Source: Elioraea tepida
GTDB lineage: Bacteria > Pseudomonadota > Alphaproteobacteria > Acetobacterales > Acetobacteraceae
Length of the DNA stretch: 64,000 nucleotides
Assembly: GCF_019203965.1 (NCBI RefSeq)
Contig: NZ_CP076448.1
Span: forward strand, 3,277,282-3,341,281
Direction: 5' to 3'
Under the pieces are notes generated by a model. That model was given only the letters and a program-made list of their open reading frames with translations. It was not told the origin of the DNA and did no database searches. Position 1 is the first letter of the stretch. Every line of letters starts with the position of its first letter. Positions 28,952-40,263 of the stretch are shown here, piece by piece. Both the position numbers and the translations under genes were made by a program.

Positions 28952-30197
28952 AGAACGTGTGGTTCTGGTTGCCGGCACCTGCGACACCAAGGGCGAGGAA
29001 CTCGGCTTCCTGCGCGACCTCCTGCGCGAGGCGAGGCTTTCGGTACGTCTGGTCGATCTCTCCACAAGCGGGCGGCATTCGGGGGCTGACGTGCCGGCGC
29101 ATCTGGTCGCGGCCTTCCATCCGCGCGGCGCCTCCGCTGGGTCACGGGCGATCGCGGTGCGTCGGTTGCGGCGATGACGGAGGCGTTCGCGCGCTGGATC
29201 GTGCGCCAGGAGGGGATCGCCGGAATCATCTCCGCCGGCGGCTCGGGCGGCACGGCTCTCGTCGCGCCGGCGATGCGCGCGCTGCCCGTCGGCATTCCGA
29301 AGCTGATCGTCTCCACCGTCGCCTCGGGCGAGGTCAGCCGCTATGTCGGCCCCTCCGACATCACGATGATGCACGCAGTAGCTGACGTTCAGGGGCTCAA
29401 CGCGATCACCCGCGAGGTTCTGAGCAACACCGCGCACGCGATGGCCGGCATGGTCAAGGCTCGGCTTGCTTCGCCGCGGGGGGCGGAGACGAAGCCCGCG
29501 GTCGCGCTCTCGATGTTCGGCGTCACCACGCCCTGCGTACGCCAGGTCATCGCGCAGCTAGGCGACGGCTATGACTGCCTCGTGTTCCACGCCACCGGCA
29601 TCGGCGGCCAGTCGATGGAGAAGCTGATCGACAGCGGCAAGGTGATGGGCGTGATCGACATCACCACCACCGAGGTGGCCGATCTCTTGATGGGCGGGAT
29701 CTTCCCCGCCACCGAAGATCGTTGCGGTTCCGTCATACGCAGGCGTATGCCGTATATCGGCTCCGTCGGCGCGCTCGACATGGTGGACTTCGGGCCGCGC
29801 GAGACGGTTCCCGAGCGCTATGCCGGCCGGCTTCTCTACCAGCACAACCCGCAGGTCACGCTGATGCGGACCACGCCGGAGGAGAACGCGCGCATGGGCC
29901 GATGGATCGGAGAGCGACTGAACGCGATGGGGGGGCCCGGTACGGTTCTTCCTCCCGGAAGGCGGTGTCTCCGCCCTCGACGCGCCGGGCCAGCCCTTCG
30001 AGGACCGGGCGGCGCGCGAGGCGCTGTTCGCATCGCTTGAAGCGACCGTCCAGCAGACTCCGTCGCGGCAGCTCATCCGCCTTCCCTACCACATCAACGC
30101 GCCCGAGTTCGCCGCTGCCCTCGTCTCGGCCTTCCGGGCGCTGCACGGCGCAGAGTCCGCTCTGCGGCGCGGCGTCCGGCAGGAGCGGCCGCGATGA
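28952..30197 (+). pseudogene. UPF0261 (Tm-1-like) family protein with two frameshifts (~29150 and ~29935-29945 in a G7 run)
   Basis: Likely GTG start at 28952 (VVLVAGTCDTKGEELGFL). The middle segment ([10 protein letters not shown]...[14 protein letters not shown]...) and the C-terminal segment ([20 protein letters not shown]...[11 protein letters not shown]) are each in a different frame. ATGA overlap with the next gene. Confidence 0.7.
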
Positions 30198-31027
30198 TCC
30201 CGCGCTCGGAGATCCTCGCCCGTCTGCGTGCGAAGGTCGCTCGCGGGGAGGCGATCATCGGCGGCGGCGCCGGCACGGGGCTGTCCGCCAAGTGCGAGGA
30301 GGCGGGCGGCATCGATCTCATCGTGAGCTACAACTCCGGCCGCTACCGCATGGCAGGTCGCGGCTCACTTGTCGGCTTGCTCGCCTATGGCGACGCCAAT
30401 GCCATCGTGCTCGAGATGGCGTCTGAGGTCCTGCCGGTGGTGAAGCGCACGCCGGTGCTTGCCGGCGTGAACGGAACCGATCCGTTCCGGCGGATGGATG
30501 TGTTCCTCGACGAGGTCAAGCGCCTCGGCTTCTCGGGCGTTCAGATCTTCCCCACGGTCGGCATCATCGACGGACGTTTCCGACGCAACCTCGAGGAGAC
30601 GGGCATGTCATAAGGCCTCGAGGTGGACATGATCGCCAAGGCGCATGCGCGTGACTTGCTGACGACTCCTTATGTGTTCAACGCGGGCGAGGCGGAGGCC
30701 ATGGCGCGCGCAGGCGCCGACATCATCGTCTGCCATTTCGGCCTGACGACAGGGGGGACGATCGGCGCGGAGACGGCACTCACCCTCGAGTGCCCCGCGC
30801 TGCTCGATGCCTGGGGCGAGGCGGCGCTGCGCGTGAACCCGGAGGTGCTGATCCTCGCCCATGGCGGCCCCGTGGGCGAGCCTGAGGATGCCGCCTACCT
30901 GCTCGAGAAGAGCGCCCTGTGCCACGGCTTCTACGGTGCCTCGTCGATGGAGCGCCTGCCGACCGAGCGGGCCTTGACGGAACAGACGCGCGCCTTCACG
31001 CGGCTTCGCCTGCGCGGGGGACGGTGA
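30194..31027 (+). pseudogene. Phosphoenolpyruvate hydrolase-like TIM-barrel protein (usual partner of UPF0261) with in-frame TAA at 30611-30613
   Basis: ...[10 protein letters not shown][TAA]GLEVDMIAKAHARDLLTTPYVFNAGEAEAMARAGADIIVCHFGLTTGG... The stop sits where a Tyr codon is expected (TAY to TAA). Confidence 0.65.
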
Positions 31028-31057
31028 GACGGTCGGAGGAGTACGGAGCATGATGCC

Positions 31058-33374
31058 ATGGTGAGCGGAGCCTTCATCGGCGAGCTGATCCTCTGGATCA
31101 TCGTCGCCGTCATCGTCATCGCGGTCATCTACTGGGTGATGCAGTATCTCTACCGGCGCTCGATGAAGGAGGTGGCCTTCGTCCGCACCGGCTTCCTCGG
31201 TCAGAAAGTGGTGATTGACGGCGGCGCCTTCGTTTGGCCGATCATCCACGACATCACGCCCGTGAACATGAACACGCTGCCGCTGAGGCTCGAGCGCACG
31301 CGGCAGGACGCCCTGATCAGCAAAGACCGGACGCGGATCGACATGCAGGCGGAGTTCTACGTCCGCGTCCGGCCCGACAAGGAGGCGGTGGCGACCGCCG
31401 CCTCCACGCTCGGACGCCGCACCCTCGAGCCGGAGCGGCTGCACGCCCTGCTCGCCGGCAAGTTCGAGAGCGCTCTCCGGGCCGTCGCCGCCGAGATGAC
31501 GATGAGCGAGATGCACGAGCAGCGGGCGAAGTACGTCGCCCGCGTCCGTGACGTCGCGCAGGAGGATCTCGCGAAGAACGGGCTCGAGCTCGAGAGCGTG
31601 GCGATCATGGACATCGACCAGACACCGCTCGAGTACTTCAACCCGTCGAACCGCTTCGATGCCGAGGGCTTGACAGCGCTGATCCGCGACATCGAGGAGC
31701 GCCGCAAGCGTCGAAACGACATCGAACAGAGCTCGATGATCGCGATCCGCGCACGCAATCTCGAGGCCGAGCGAGAGGCGCTCGAGATCGAGCGGCAGAG
31801 CGAGGAGGCGAGGCTTGTGCAGGAGCGGGAGATCGAGTTCCGCCGGGCGCAGCAGCGCGCCGAGCTCGCCCGAGAGCGCGCCGCGCGCGAAACCGATGCC
31901 GAGCAGGCGCAGATCACCGCGCGCGAGGCGATCGAGCAGGTGCGCATCGTCCAGGAGCGGGCGATTGCCGAGGCGTGGATCGCCAAGGAGGAGGAGATCC
32001 AGCGCCGCGAGATCGTCCAGCGCAAGGCAGTCGAGGCAGAGGAGATCGCCGCGCGCGAGGCCTTGGAGAAGCCGAGGATCGCCGAGACCGCGGCGGTCAG
32101 CGAGACGCGGATCGCCGAGGACAGGCGGATCCGCGAGCTCGAGATCGAACGCACGCGGGCCATCGAGGGGGCCGAGATCGCGGCGCAGGAGGCCGTCGAG
32201 GCCGCCCGGATCGCGCGCGAGAAGGCGCTTGCGGCGGAGCGGATCGCCGCAGAGGTGATGACGCGGGAACGGGAGATTGCGCGCGACAAGGCGCTCGACG
32301 AGGCGCGCGTTGCGGCGCAGGAGGCCGTTCGCGCGCGCGAGATCTCGCGCGAGCGCGAGCTCGAGATGGCGGAGATCGCCCGCCGCAAGGCGGTCGAGGA
32401 GGCGGAGCAGGCGCGGATCGTCGCGCTTGCCGGGCGGCGCGCCGAAGCGGCCGCGGCCGAGGCCTCGGTGCGGCAGGCGCAGATCACGGCGCAGCGCGAG
32501 GTCGAGACGGCCGAGGTCGAGCGCGCGCGCGTGCCCGAGGCGGCACGGATCGAACGGAGGCGGTCGCTCGAGCAGCTCGAGATCGCCCGCATGCAGGCGC
32601 TGCGCGAGGCAGAGATCGAGAGCCGCGAGGACATCGAGCGGGCGCGCATTGCCTCCGAACGCGGGCTCGACGAGGTGCGGATCGGCCACGAGACGGAGCG
32701 CCGTTGGCTTGAGATCGAGCGCGAGCGGATCATCGAGACGGTGCAGCTCGAGAAGGCGATCGCGCTCGCGCGGAAGTCGCTCGAGGAGAGCGCGGCGAGG
32801 ATCGAGGCCGACCAGGCGCGGGCGCGCGGCCGAGGCGGAGGAGCGGAGCCGAACCGTTCGCGAAACGGAGATGGCCGCACGCCGTCAGAAGATCGACCTC
32901 CTGCTCGCCGAAAAGGCGGCCGCCGAGGTCAGGATCGCGGCTGAGGCGGAGAAGGTCAGGCGCGCCGTCGAGGCGGAGGCGCAGCGGCTGATGAACGAGG
33001 CTGAGAACGAGCTGACCGACATGGCGCGCGCCTCACTCTTCCGCCGCAAGCTGCTCGAGCATGTCGAGGGGATCGTCGCCGCCTCCGTCAAGCCGCTCGA
33101 GAAGATCCGCGAGATCAAGATCATGCAGCTCGACGGGCTCAACGGAGGCGGCGAGGGCCGAAGGGGCAGCCCGACCGACGAGGTGATCACCTCGGCGCTC
33201 CGCTATCGGGTGCAGGCGCCGCTGATCGATGGGCTGCTCTCCGACATCGGCATCGAGGGCGGCAACCTCGCCAAGCAAGGCGGGCTGATCCGCGAGGCGG
33301 CTGACATGCAGAGGATCGCGAACGAGGCGCGCAAATCGAGGCCGAAGCCGGAAGGCGGCGAGGGGAAGCGCTAG
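31058..33374 (+). pseudogene. Flotillin/SPFH (YqiK-like) protein with a very long Glu/Ala/Arg coiled-coil region; frameshift near 32820-32835
   Basis: N-terminal TM plus band-7 domain (VRTGFLGQKVVIDGGAFVWPIIHDI). About 400 aa of EAExIAxRE heptad-like repeats follow. The C-terminal flotillin tail (MAARRQKIDLLLAEKAAAEV...MQLDGLNGG) is in a different frame. Confidence 0.7.
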
Positions 33375-33377
33375 GCC

Positions 33378-33815
33378 ATGCCGCGCGTTTACGTCTCCTC
33401 GGTGATCGACGCCCCGGCCGCCAAGGTGGGGGAGCGGATCCGTGACTTCAATGCGCTTCCGCGCTGGCATCCACGGATCCGCGACAGCCGGATCGAGAAC
33501 GGCGAGCCCTCGGACAGGGTGGGCTGCGGGCGCGACTTCCACCTCCAGAATGGCGACAGGATCCGCGAACGCCTGCTCGGCCTTTCCGACGACGACATGT
33601 TCTGCACCTACGCGATCCTCGAAAGCCCGATGCCGCTGACGGACTATGTCGCGACCATCCGCCTCAAGCCGATCACCGATGGCGATCGCACCTTCGCGGA
33701 ATGGACGGCAGAGTTCGAGTGCGCGCCGGAGGCGGCGGCGGAGCTGCTCGCCGGGATCGGGCAGAACGTGTTCCAGGCGGGCTTCGACGCCCTGAAGCGG
33801 CAGCTGGCGGGCTGA
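33378..33815 (+). CDS. SRPBCC-superfamily ligand-binding protein (CoxG/polyketide-cyclase-like)
   Basis: 145-aa ORF paralogous to the next gene. It sits upstream of a cox-like M/S/L/D/E cluster, where CoxG-type SRPBCC genes typically occur. Confidence 0.7.
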   Translation: MPRVYVSSVIDAPAAKVGERIRDFNALPRWHPRIRDSRIENGEPSDRVGCGRDFHLQNGDRIRERLLGLSDDDMFCTYAILESPMPLTDYVATIRLKPITDGDRTFAEWTAEFECAPEAAAELLAGIGQNVFQAGFDALKRQLAG

Positions 33816-33819
33816 GGCG

Positions 33820-34268
33820 ATGCCGAGAGTGATCCGCAGCACGGTGATCGACTGGCCGGTCGAGGAGGTGTGGGCTGTGCTGCGCGACTTCAACGGGCAT
33901 GATCGCTGGCACCCGATCGTCGCCGACAGCGTGATCGAGCGCGGTCAGCCCGCCGACAAGGTGGGCTGCGTGCGGTGGTTTCACCTGCGCGACGGTTCCG
34001 AATTACGGGAGCTTTTGCTGACGCTGTCTGATGCCGACATGGCCTTCTCCTACTGCCTCCTTGAGACGCCGGTGCCGCTGCTCAACTAGGTCGCGCATGT
34101 ACGCCTCGCACCGGTGACGGACGGGAACCGCACCTTCTGGCACTGGGAGAGCCGGTTAGACACGCCTCGAGGACGCGAGCGTGAGCTCGCCGATCTCGTC
34201 GGCCGAGAGGTCTACGAGGCACCTTTCGCCGCATTGCGCGAGCATCTCATCACAGGGGCGGCGACATG
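33820..34268 (+). pseudogene. SRPBCC-superfamily paralog with in-frame TAG at 34087-34089
   Basis: MPRVIRSTVIDWPVEEVWAVLRDFNGHDRWHP...PVPLLN[TAG]VAHVRLAPVTDGNRTFWHWESR... Alignment to the upstream paralog (..PLTDYVATIRLKPITDGDRTF..) places a Tyr at the stop position. Confidence 0.65.
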
Positions 34269-35071
34269 AGCACCGTTGTCGAGACCCATCCGACGGTCGC
34301 CGAGGCCGCGCGCGCGCTCGCATCAGGCGAGGCGCTCTATCTCGGCGGCGGTACGCTCGCGATGCGTGCTGCCAATGCTGGCGAGGCGCCGCGTCGCCTT
34401 ATTCGGAGCACCGACCGCGCGCTGCGCGAGATCGTCTCCTCGGGAGATGTCGTGCGCATCGGTGCTGGGGTGACAATGGCACAGATCCTCGCCAACCGAG
34501 AGCTCGCGTTCCTGCACGAGGCGGCGCACCAGGTCGGCGGGCCGCAGGTTCGGGTGATGGGCACGGTGGGCGGCAATCTGTTTGCGCACCACCCCTATGG
34601 CGACCTTGCAGTGGCGCCGCTTGCGCTCGGCGCGCGGGTGGTAATGGCGAGGTCATCCGGCGCGCGGCCGCTTGCCGATCTCTTGCGTGACCGTTCCCGC
34701 GCTGGGCTTGTTGCGCAGATCGACTGTCCGCGCCCGCGTGATCCGCGCAGCTTCGGGTTCCTGAAGGTGTCGCGCGTTCATCCGCGCGGTGCGTCGATCA
34801 TCTCGGTCCCGCCCATCTTCCGCGCGAGGGCGGTCGCATCAGGGGGGCGCGTGTCGCCTATGGGGCGATGGGGGCGGCTCCGCTGCAGGCGGCTGCGGTG
34901 GAACGTGCCCTTGAGGGACAGGCGCTCGAGCCGGCGACGATCGAGCGCGCGGTTCAGGTGGCGGTGCAGGGGATCGATCCGCCGAGCTGTGCGATCGCCT
35001 CCTCCAGGTACCGGCGCGAGGTCGCCGGCATGCATCTCCGTCGTCTGCTCGAGAGCATGGGGCGGGGCTGA
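34266..35071 (+). pseudogene. CoxM-like FAD-binding medium subunit of a molybdenum hydroxylase; frameshift near 34806-34815
   Basis: The FAD-binding N-part (ALYLGGGTLAMRAAN...VMGTVGGNLF) is in frame 0. The C-part (GGRIRGARVAYGAMGAAPLQAAAVERALEGQ...MHLRRLLESMG) is in frame 2. Confidence 0.7.
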
Positions 35072-35544
35072 TGCTGAGGAAGCCTGTCACCTTTACGCTA
35101 AACGGCGCGGCGCAAGCGGCGTTCACCGAGGACGGCCAGAACCTGCTCGACCTTCTGCGCCGCGGTGTCGGAGACCTCACCCCGAAGTATGGCTGCGGCC
35201 AGGGAGGCTGCAGTGCCTGCACGGTGCTGATCGACGGCGAGCCGCATCTCTCCTGCCTCGTGCTCGCAGAGACGGTTGAGGGACGGCGGATTGAGACGGC
35301 AGCGGGGCTCGCGGGGGCCAGCCTGCATTCGCTCCAGGAGGCATTCATGGACCATTTCGCCGCGCAATGTGGCTATTGCACGCCCGGCATGCTGATGGCA
35401 GCGAAGGCGCTGCTCGACCGCAACCCTCGCCCGAGCCGTGCCGAGGTGGTCGAGGCGATCTCGGGCAATCTCTGCCGCTGCACCGGCTACGAACCCATTA
35501 TCGAGGCGATCCTTTCGGTCGCGGAGGGGGGAGGACGGCGATGA
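35071..35544 (+). CDS. CoxS-like [2Fe-2S] small subunit of a molybdenum hydroxylase
   Basis: 157 aa with both cluster motifs: CGQGGCSACTV and CGYCTPGM...CRCTGY. Intact. Confidence 0.85.
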   Translation: MLRKPVTFTLNGAAQAAFTEDGQNLLDLLRRGVGDLTPKYGCGQGGCSACTVLIDGEPHLSCLVLAETVEGRRIETAAGLAGASLHSLQEAFMDHFAAQCGYCTPGMLMAAKALLDRNPRPSRAEVVEAISGNLCRCTGYEPIIEAILSVAEGGGRR

Positions 35545-38279
35545 GCGAGTCGATGATCGAATTCCGCAAGGAGTTCTTCGCCGACGAGCGCGACGACAGG
35601 CTGAATGAGATCGGCCGCCCGACGCGGCGTCAGGACATCCTCGGCCATGTGACGGGGCGTTCGCCCTTTTACGACGATCACCTGTTCCAGGGGCTGTTGC
35701 ACATGCGCTGCGCGCGCTCGCCCCATCACGCTGCGCGGATTCGGCGGATCGACACCTCGGAGGCGGAACGGAGCGCGGGCGTGGTGCGCGTGCTCACCGA
35801 CCGTGACGTGCCGCCCAACCTCAACACGCTCCTCTCCCTGCTTGATTTCGGCACCGATGACGAGCCGGTGCTCGGGACCGACCGCGTGCGCTACCAGGGC
35901 GAGCCGGTGGCGGCGGTGATCGCCGAGAGCGAGGCGGCGGCGCGCGAAGCCGCGGCAAAGGTACGCGTCGAGTGGGAGGTTCTGCCGCACGTGCTCGATG
36001 TCGAGGAGGCGATCCGCCCCGGTGCTCCAGTGGTGCTCGACATCTATCCGGGCAACAAGTTCATCTATCACGGGAAGAACGACCACCAGAAGCTCCGCTA
36101 CGGCGACGTGGACGCGGCGTTGAAGGGGGCCGACCTCGTGGTCGAAGGCCGCTACCAGATGTCGCCGATCGAGGTGGCGCCGATCGAGACCTGCGGCGCC
36201 ATCGCCGCGCCCGAGACCAACGATCGGTTCGTCTGCTACACCTCGACGCAGGCGCTGTTCTTCTCGCTCGCGACCACCTCGAAGCTCTTGCGCGTTCCCT
36301 CGAGCCGCCGGCATTTCCTTTGCGGAACGGAGGGCAGCGGGTTCGGCGGCAAGGTGGACTCCGTCCATGAGCCGCTCGCGGTGCTCGGCGCGATGGTGAC
36401 GGGGCGGCCCGTCAAGTTCTTGTGGGACCGCGAGGAGGAGATGCAGGTGGGCGGTCCGCGCGGCGCGGAGCGGTGGTACATCACCGACGGGGTGATGCGT
36501 GACGGGAGGATCGTCGCCCGCCGCTTCATCGGCTACTTCGACAGCGGTGCCGACACGCGGCTTTCTTCTTACGCGATCATCAAGGCGGTCGGGCACCTTC
36601 GGCGTCCGTACACGATCCCGAACGTCTACGCTGACGTCTATTGCGTCTTCACCAACCGAATGCCCGCGACCGCGATGCGCGGCTTCGGAATCACGGGCGT
36701 GGACTTCGCGATCGAGGCGCATATGGACAAGGTGGCGGAGGCGGTCGGGATGAACCCGATCGACCTGCGAATGCTTAACGCCTATCGCGACGGCGACATG
36801 AAGGCCCACCGGTGCGTCGCCAAGAATTGCGCGCTGATCGAGTGCTGCCAGGTGGTGCCGGAGAAGGCCGGCGTGCAGCACAGCAACAGCTCGCGCACCG
36901 CCTCGTCGCGCACCGGCGGAGGCGGGGAGCGCGGCCGGCTTGCGGCGCACACGGCGCTCGACGAGAAGGGCAAGGTCGAGGGAGTCGCGAGCGGAAGCGA
37001 CGCGCGCAAGACGGCCTCTGGGCACGGACGCGCGGCCGACCGCCGCGAGCCGTCGCGCGTCGTTCCGGCGCCGCGCCGAGAGGAGCCGGTCATGCCAATG
37101 GCCGCGCTTACAGCTCCGAGCCCTGCACCGTCCCCTGCGACGCTTCCGCCGCGGCCTCCGCCGCAACCGCCAGCGGGTGCTCCGCCCGCGCCCGGCGTAC
37201 CGCCGCGGTCGGGCCCGATCCGCTTCTCCTCCCTCTCCGGCTTCAGGAGGCACTGATGGCGCGTCACCGCGGCCGCGGCTTCGCCGCGGTTAACTATCCG
37301 ATCGCGATGAACCTCGGCGGCGATCCATCCCAGGCGCTCGTGCACGCGAATCCCGACGGCAAGTTCACCGTCACTCTCTCCTCGATCGATCTCGGCCAGG
37401 GCATGAAGTCGGTGACGCGTCAGATTGCCGCCGAAACGCTCGGCGTCCCTGTCGAGGATATCTACGTCGACACGGCCGACAGCGACACCGGCCCGCACTG
37501 CATGGGCTCCTTCGCCTCGCGCGGCACGCACTGTGTCGGCAACGCTGTGATCCAGGCGGCACTGGAGGCGAGGGCAGTGATGCTCGAGGCGGCCGCGGAG
37601 GAGCTCGAGGTCGATCCCGCCGACCTCGTGACGGACGGCTGCGGCAACATCCATGTTCGCGGTGCTCCCTCACGCTCGATCACCACGATGGCGGCGTGCC
37701 AAGCGGCCCAGTTCCGGCAGGGGGCGGACGGTCTCGGGCAGGGGGATCTTCCTGATCCCGCTTTCGGAGGTGGACCCCGAGAGGGGCGAGATGACGCCGG
37801 TGTCATGTTTCGCACATGCGGCGATGATCGTCGAGGTGGAGGTCGACGACAAGACGGGCGAGGTCGCCGTGATCGACATGAAGTCGGCCTACGAGGTGGG
37901 GAGGGCGCTGAACCCGAAGCTTGTCGAGCAGCAGCTTCGCGGTGGCGCGTGGATGGGCATGAGCCATGCCGCCTGGGAAACGACGGAACCCTACTATCCG
38001 GATCCGTCGCACCGGCCGGTTGACTTCCTGGGCTACCTGATGCCGGGGCCGGGGGATCTCGCGCCGCACCACATCTCGATGCTGGAGCGCTCAGCGCCGG
38101 ACGGGCCCTATGGCGGCAAGGGGCCGGGAGAGATGTGCGCCAAACTCGTTCTGCCCGCGGTGGTGAACGCGATCTATGACGCCGTTGGCGTTCGGATCGA
38201 TGAGCTTCCGGTCACACCCGAGAAGGTGCTACGTGGCCTTCGCGCTCAAGGCGGGGCGCGGCCGCGCAAGCGCCTCTGA
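35541..38279 (+). pseudogene. CoxL/xanthine-dehydrogenase-family molybdopterin large subunit, split at 37254-37258 (TGATG) and frameshifted near 37738-37745
   Basis: The N-part (MSESMIEF...) runs to a Pro/Ala-rich tail ending at TGA 37256. A second part starts at the overlapping ATG at 37255 (MARHRGRGFAAVNYPIAMNLGG...DTADSDTGPHCMGSFASRGT). A third segment (GIFLIPLSEVDPERGEMTP...GPYGGKGPGE) is in another frame, due to an extra base in gggcaggggg. Confidence 0.7.
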
Positions 38280-38282
38280 ACG

Positions 38283-39164
38283 ATGCCCATCCGCCGCAGC
38301 ATCGCCGGGCTCAACGGACCGGATGCGGTCGCGCGCGCGATGCGCGACGCCCAGTACATCGCCGACGACGGGCTCGCGACCGCCGCCTAACTTGCCCTTG
38401 CTCTCGGCAAGCCGCTCCTGCTCGAAGGCGCGCCAGGTGTGGGGAAGACGGAAGCGGCGAAGGCGCTCGCCTCCGTGCTCGGGAGGGAGCTGATCCGGCT
38501 GCAGTGCTACGAGGGGATTGACGCGTCCGCGGCTCTTTACGAATGGAAGTTCCCGCGCCAGATGCTCGCGATTCGCCAGGCGGGCGACGCGTACGTGAAC
38601 CTCTACGCTGACGAGTATCCGATCGCCCGCCCGCTTCTTCTCGCGCTTCAGGAGCCGCGGCAGAGGCTTCTCCTGTTCGACGAGATCGACAGGGCCGACC
38701 GCGAGTTCGAGGCCTTCCTGCTCGAATTCCTCTCCGACTTCACGATCTCGATTCCCGAGCGCGGGACCATCCGCGCCGCCGAGCCGCCCGTGGTGGTGCT
38801 GACCTCGAACCGGACGCGCGAGCTCCACGAGGCGTTGCGCTGGCGCTGCGTGTACCCCTGGATCGACTACACGGATCCGGCGCTCGAGACCGAGATCGTG
38901 ATGATGCGGGCGTCCACAGTCGCGCGCGCGACGGCCGAGCGCGTGGTCGCCGCCGTCAATCGGCTGCGTGCCGAGCCGCTCGCGAAGCCCCCCGGCGTGG
39001 CCGAGACTGTCGAGTGGGCGGAGGCCGCCACACTTCTTGCCGCCCAAGGGACACCTTGGCCGCGCGCCTTCGCCCGCGCGATCGGCGTGGCGCTGAAGGA
39101 TCAGGAGCACCTCTCCTTCCTCGCGTCACGGCTCGATGCCCTGATCACCGAGGCCGTCGCATGA
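38283..39164 (+). pseudogene. coxD: CoxD-like MoxR AAA+ ATPase with in-frame TAA at 38388-38390
   Basis: MPIRRSIAGLNGPDAVARAMRDAQYIADDGLATAA[TAA]LALALGKPLLLEGAPGVGKTEAAKALA... Walker A is intact downstream. The stop replaces the conserved Tyr of the A(A/L)YLAL motif. Confidence 0.7.
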
Positions 39165-40263
39165 TGCTTCCGCGGGCGCTGGCGCCGTTTCTCGCTTTTC
39201 CTCAAGCGCTTCGCGAGGCGGGGTTCGCGGCATCGCCAATGCAGACGGAGGGGTTCATCGCCGCCGTCGGGCTGCTCGGCCCCCGCGCGCTCGGCGACGT
39301 GCGGCGCGCCGCGCACGCCCTGTTCGGCCCTGAGCCTGAGCGCCGGGCGGGGTTCGACGAGGTGTTCGACCGTGTCTTCCTTGGCCGTTTCATCGCCGCA
39401 GCGGTCTCCGGAGAGGCGGAAGATCTCCCGCCGGCCTTCGATGCTGCGGGCTTCGAGCTCCTCTCCGACGGGGGGGAGATCGAGGAAACAGGCGCGCAGG
39501 CCACGCGGGCCGAGCGGCGGTCGCGCCGGGAATTCAGTGGGGGCCGCACCGACGATACCGTGCGCCGGCTGAGGCGCACGGCGGCACGTGCTCTGCCGCG
39601 CCGCAAGGCGCGACGGCTCGAGCGAGTAGCGGCGGTATCGCCGATCCGCGCCGCACTTTCCGGCTGATGATTCGCCGCGATGGCGAACTGACCCAGCTGC
39701 CCACGCGTCGCCGACAGATGAGGCAGCGGCGCGTGCTTCTGCTCATCGATGTCTCCGGCTCGATGAAGACGCTGACGGAGGGAACACTCCGGCTGGCGCA
39801 TGCTCTCGTACAGGGGGCGGAGCGTGTCGAGGCCTTCACGCTGGGCACGCGGCTTACCCAGATCACCCGCGCGCTTTCGCATCGCGAAGCGGATGCCGCC
39901 CTCGCCCGTGCCTCGGGCCTGGTGGCGGACTGGGACGACGGAACGCGTCTTGGCGAGGCGCTCGCCGTGTTCCTCTCCGTACCGCGTTTTGCCTCCTTCG
40001 CGCGCGGGGCGCTCGTGATCGTCGTCTCGGACGGGCTCGAGCGCGGCGGGCCAGAAGCCCTCGTTTCGGCGATGGCGCGGCTGCGACGGCTCGCCTGGGG
40101 CGTGCTGTGGCTGTCGCCGCTCGCCGCCGATCCGGCGTACCGGCCGGAGACGACGGCGATGCGGGCAATCCTGCCCATGCTCGATCGTCTCGGCAGCAGT
40201 GCGAGCGTGGAGGCGATTGCCGATGAGGTGCTCGGCTACGCCCGCAACAGGGGGCGCCGATGA
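39161..40263 (+). pseudogene. coxE: CoxE-like VWA-domain protein; frameshift near 39590-39615
   Basis: The N-part (MMLPRALAPFLAFPQALREAGFAAS...) ends at TGA 39667. The VWA part (RRVLLLIDVSGSM...VIVVSDGLERG) is in another frame whose upstream reading (..RASSGIADPRRTFRL) is continuous with it. Confidence 0.65.

Noticed and set aside
31700-32800. Periodic GAG/GCG/CGC-rich repeats, considered as a possible tandem-repeat element or mobile sequence
   Set aside because: Periodicity arises from protein-level coiled-coil heptads within the flotillin gene. It is not a non-coding repeat family.
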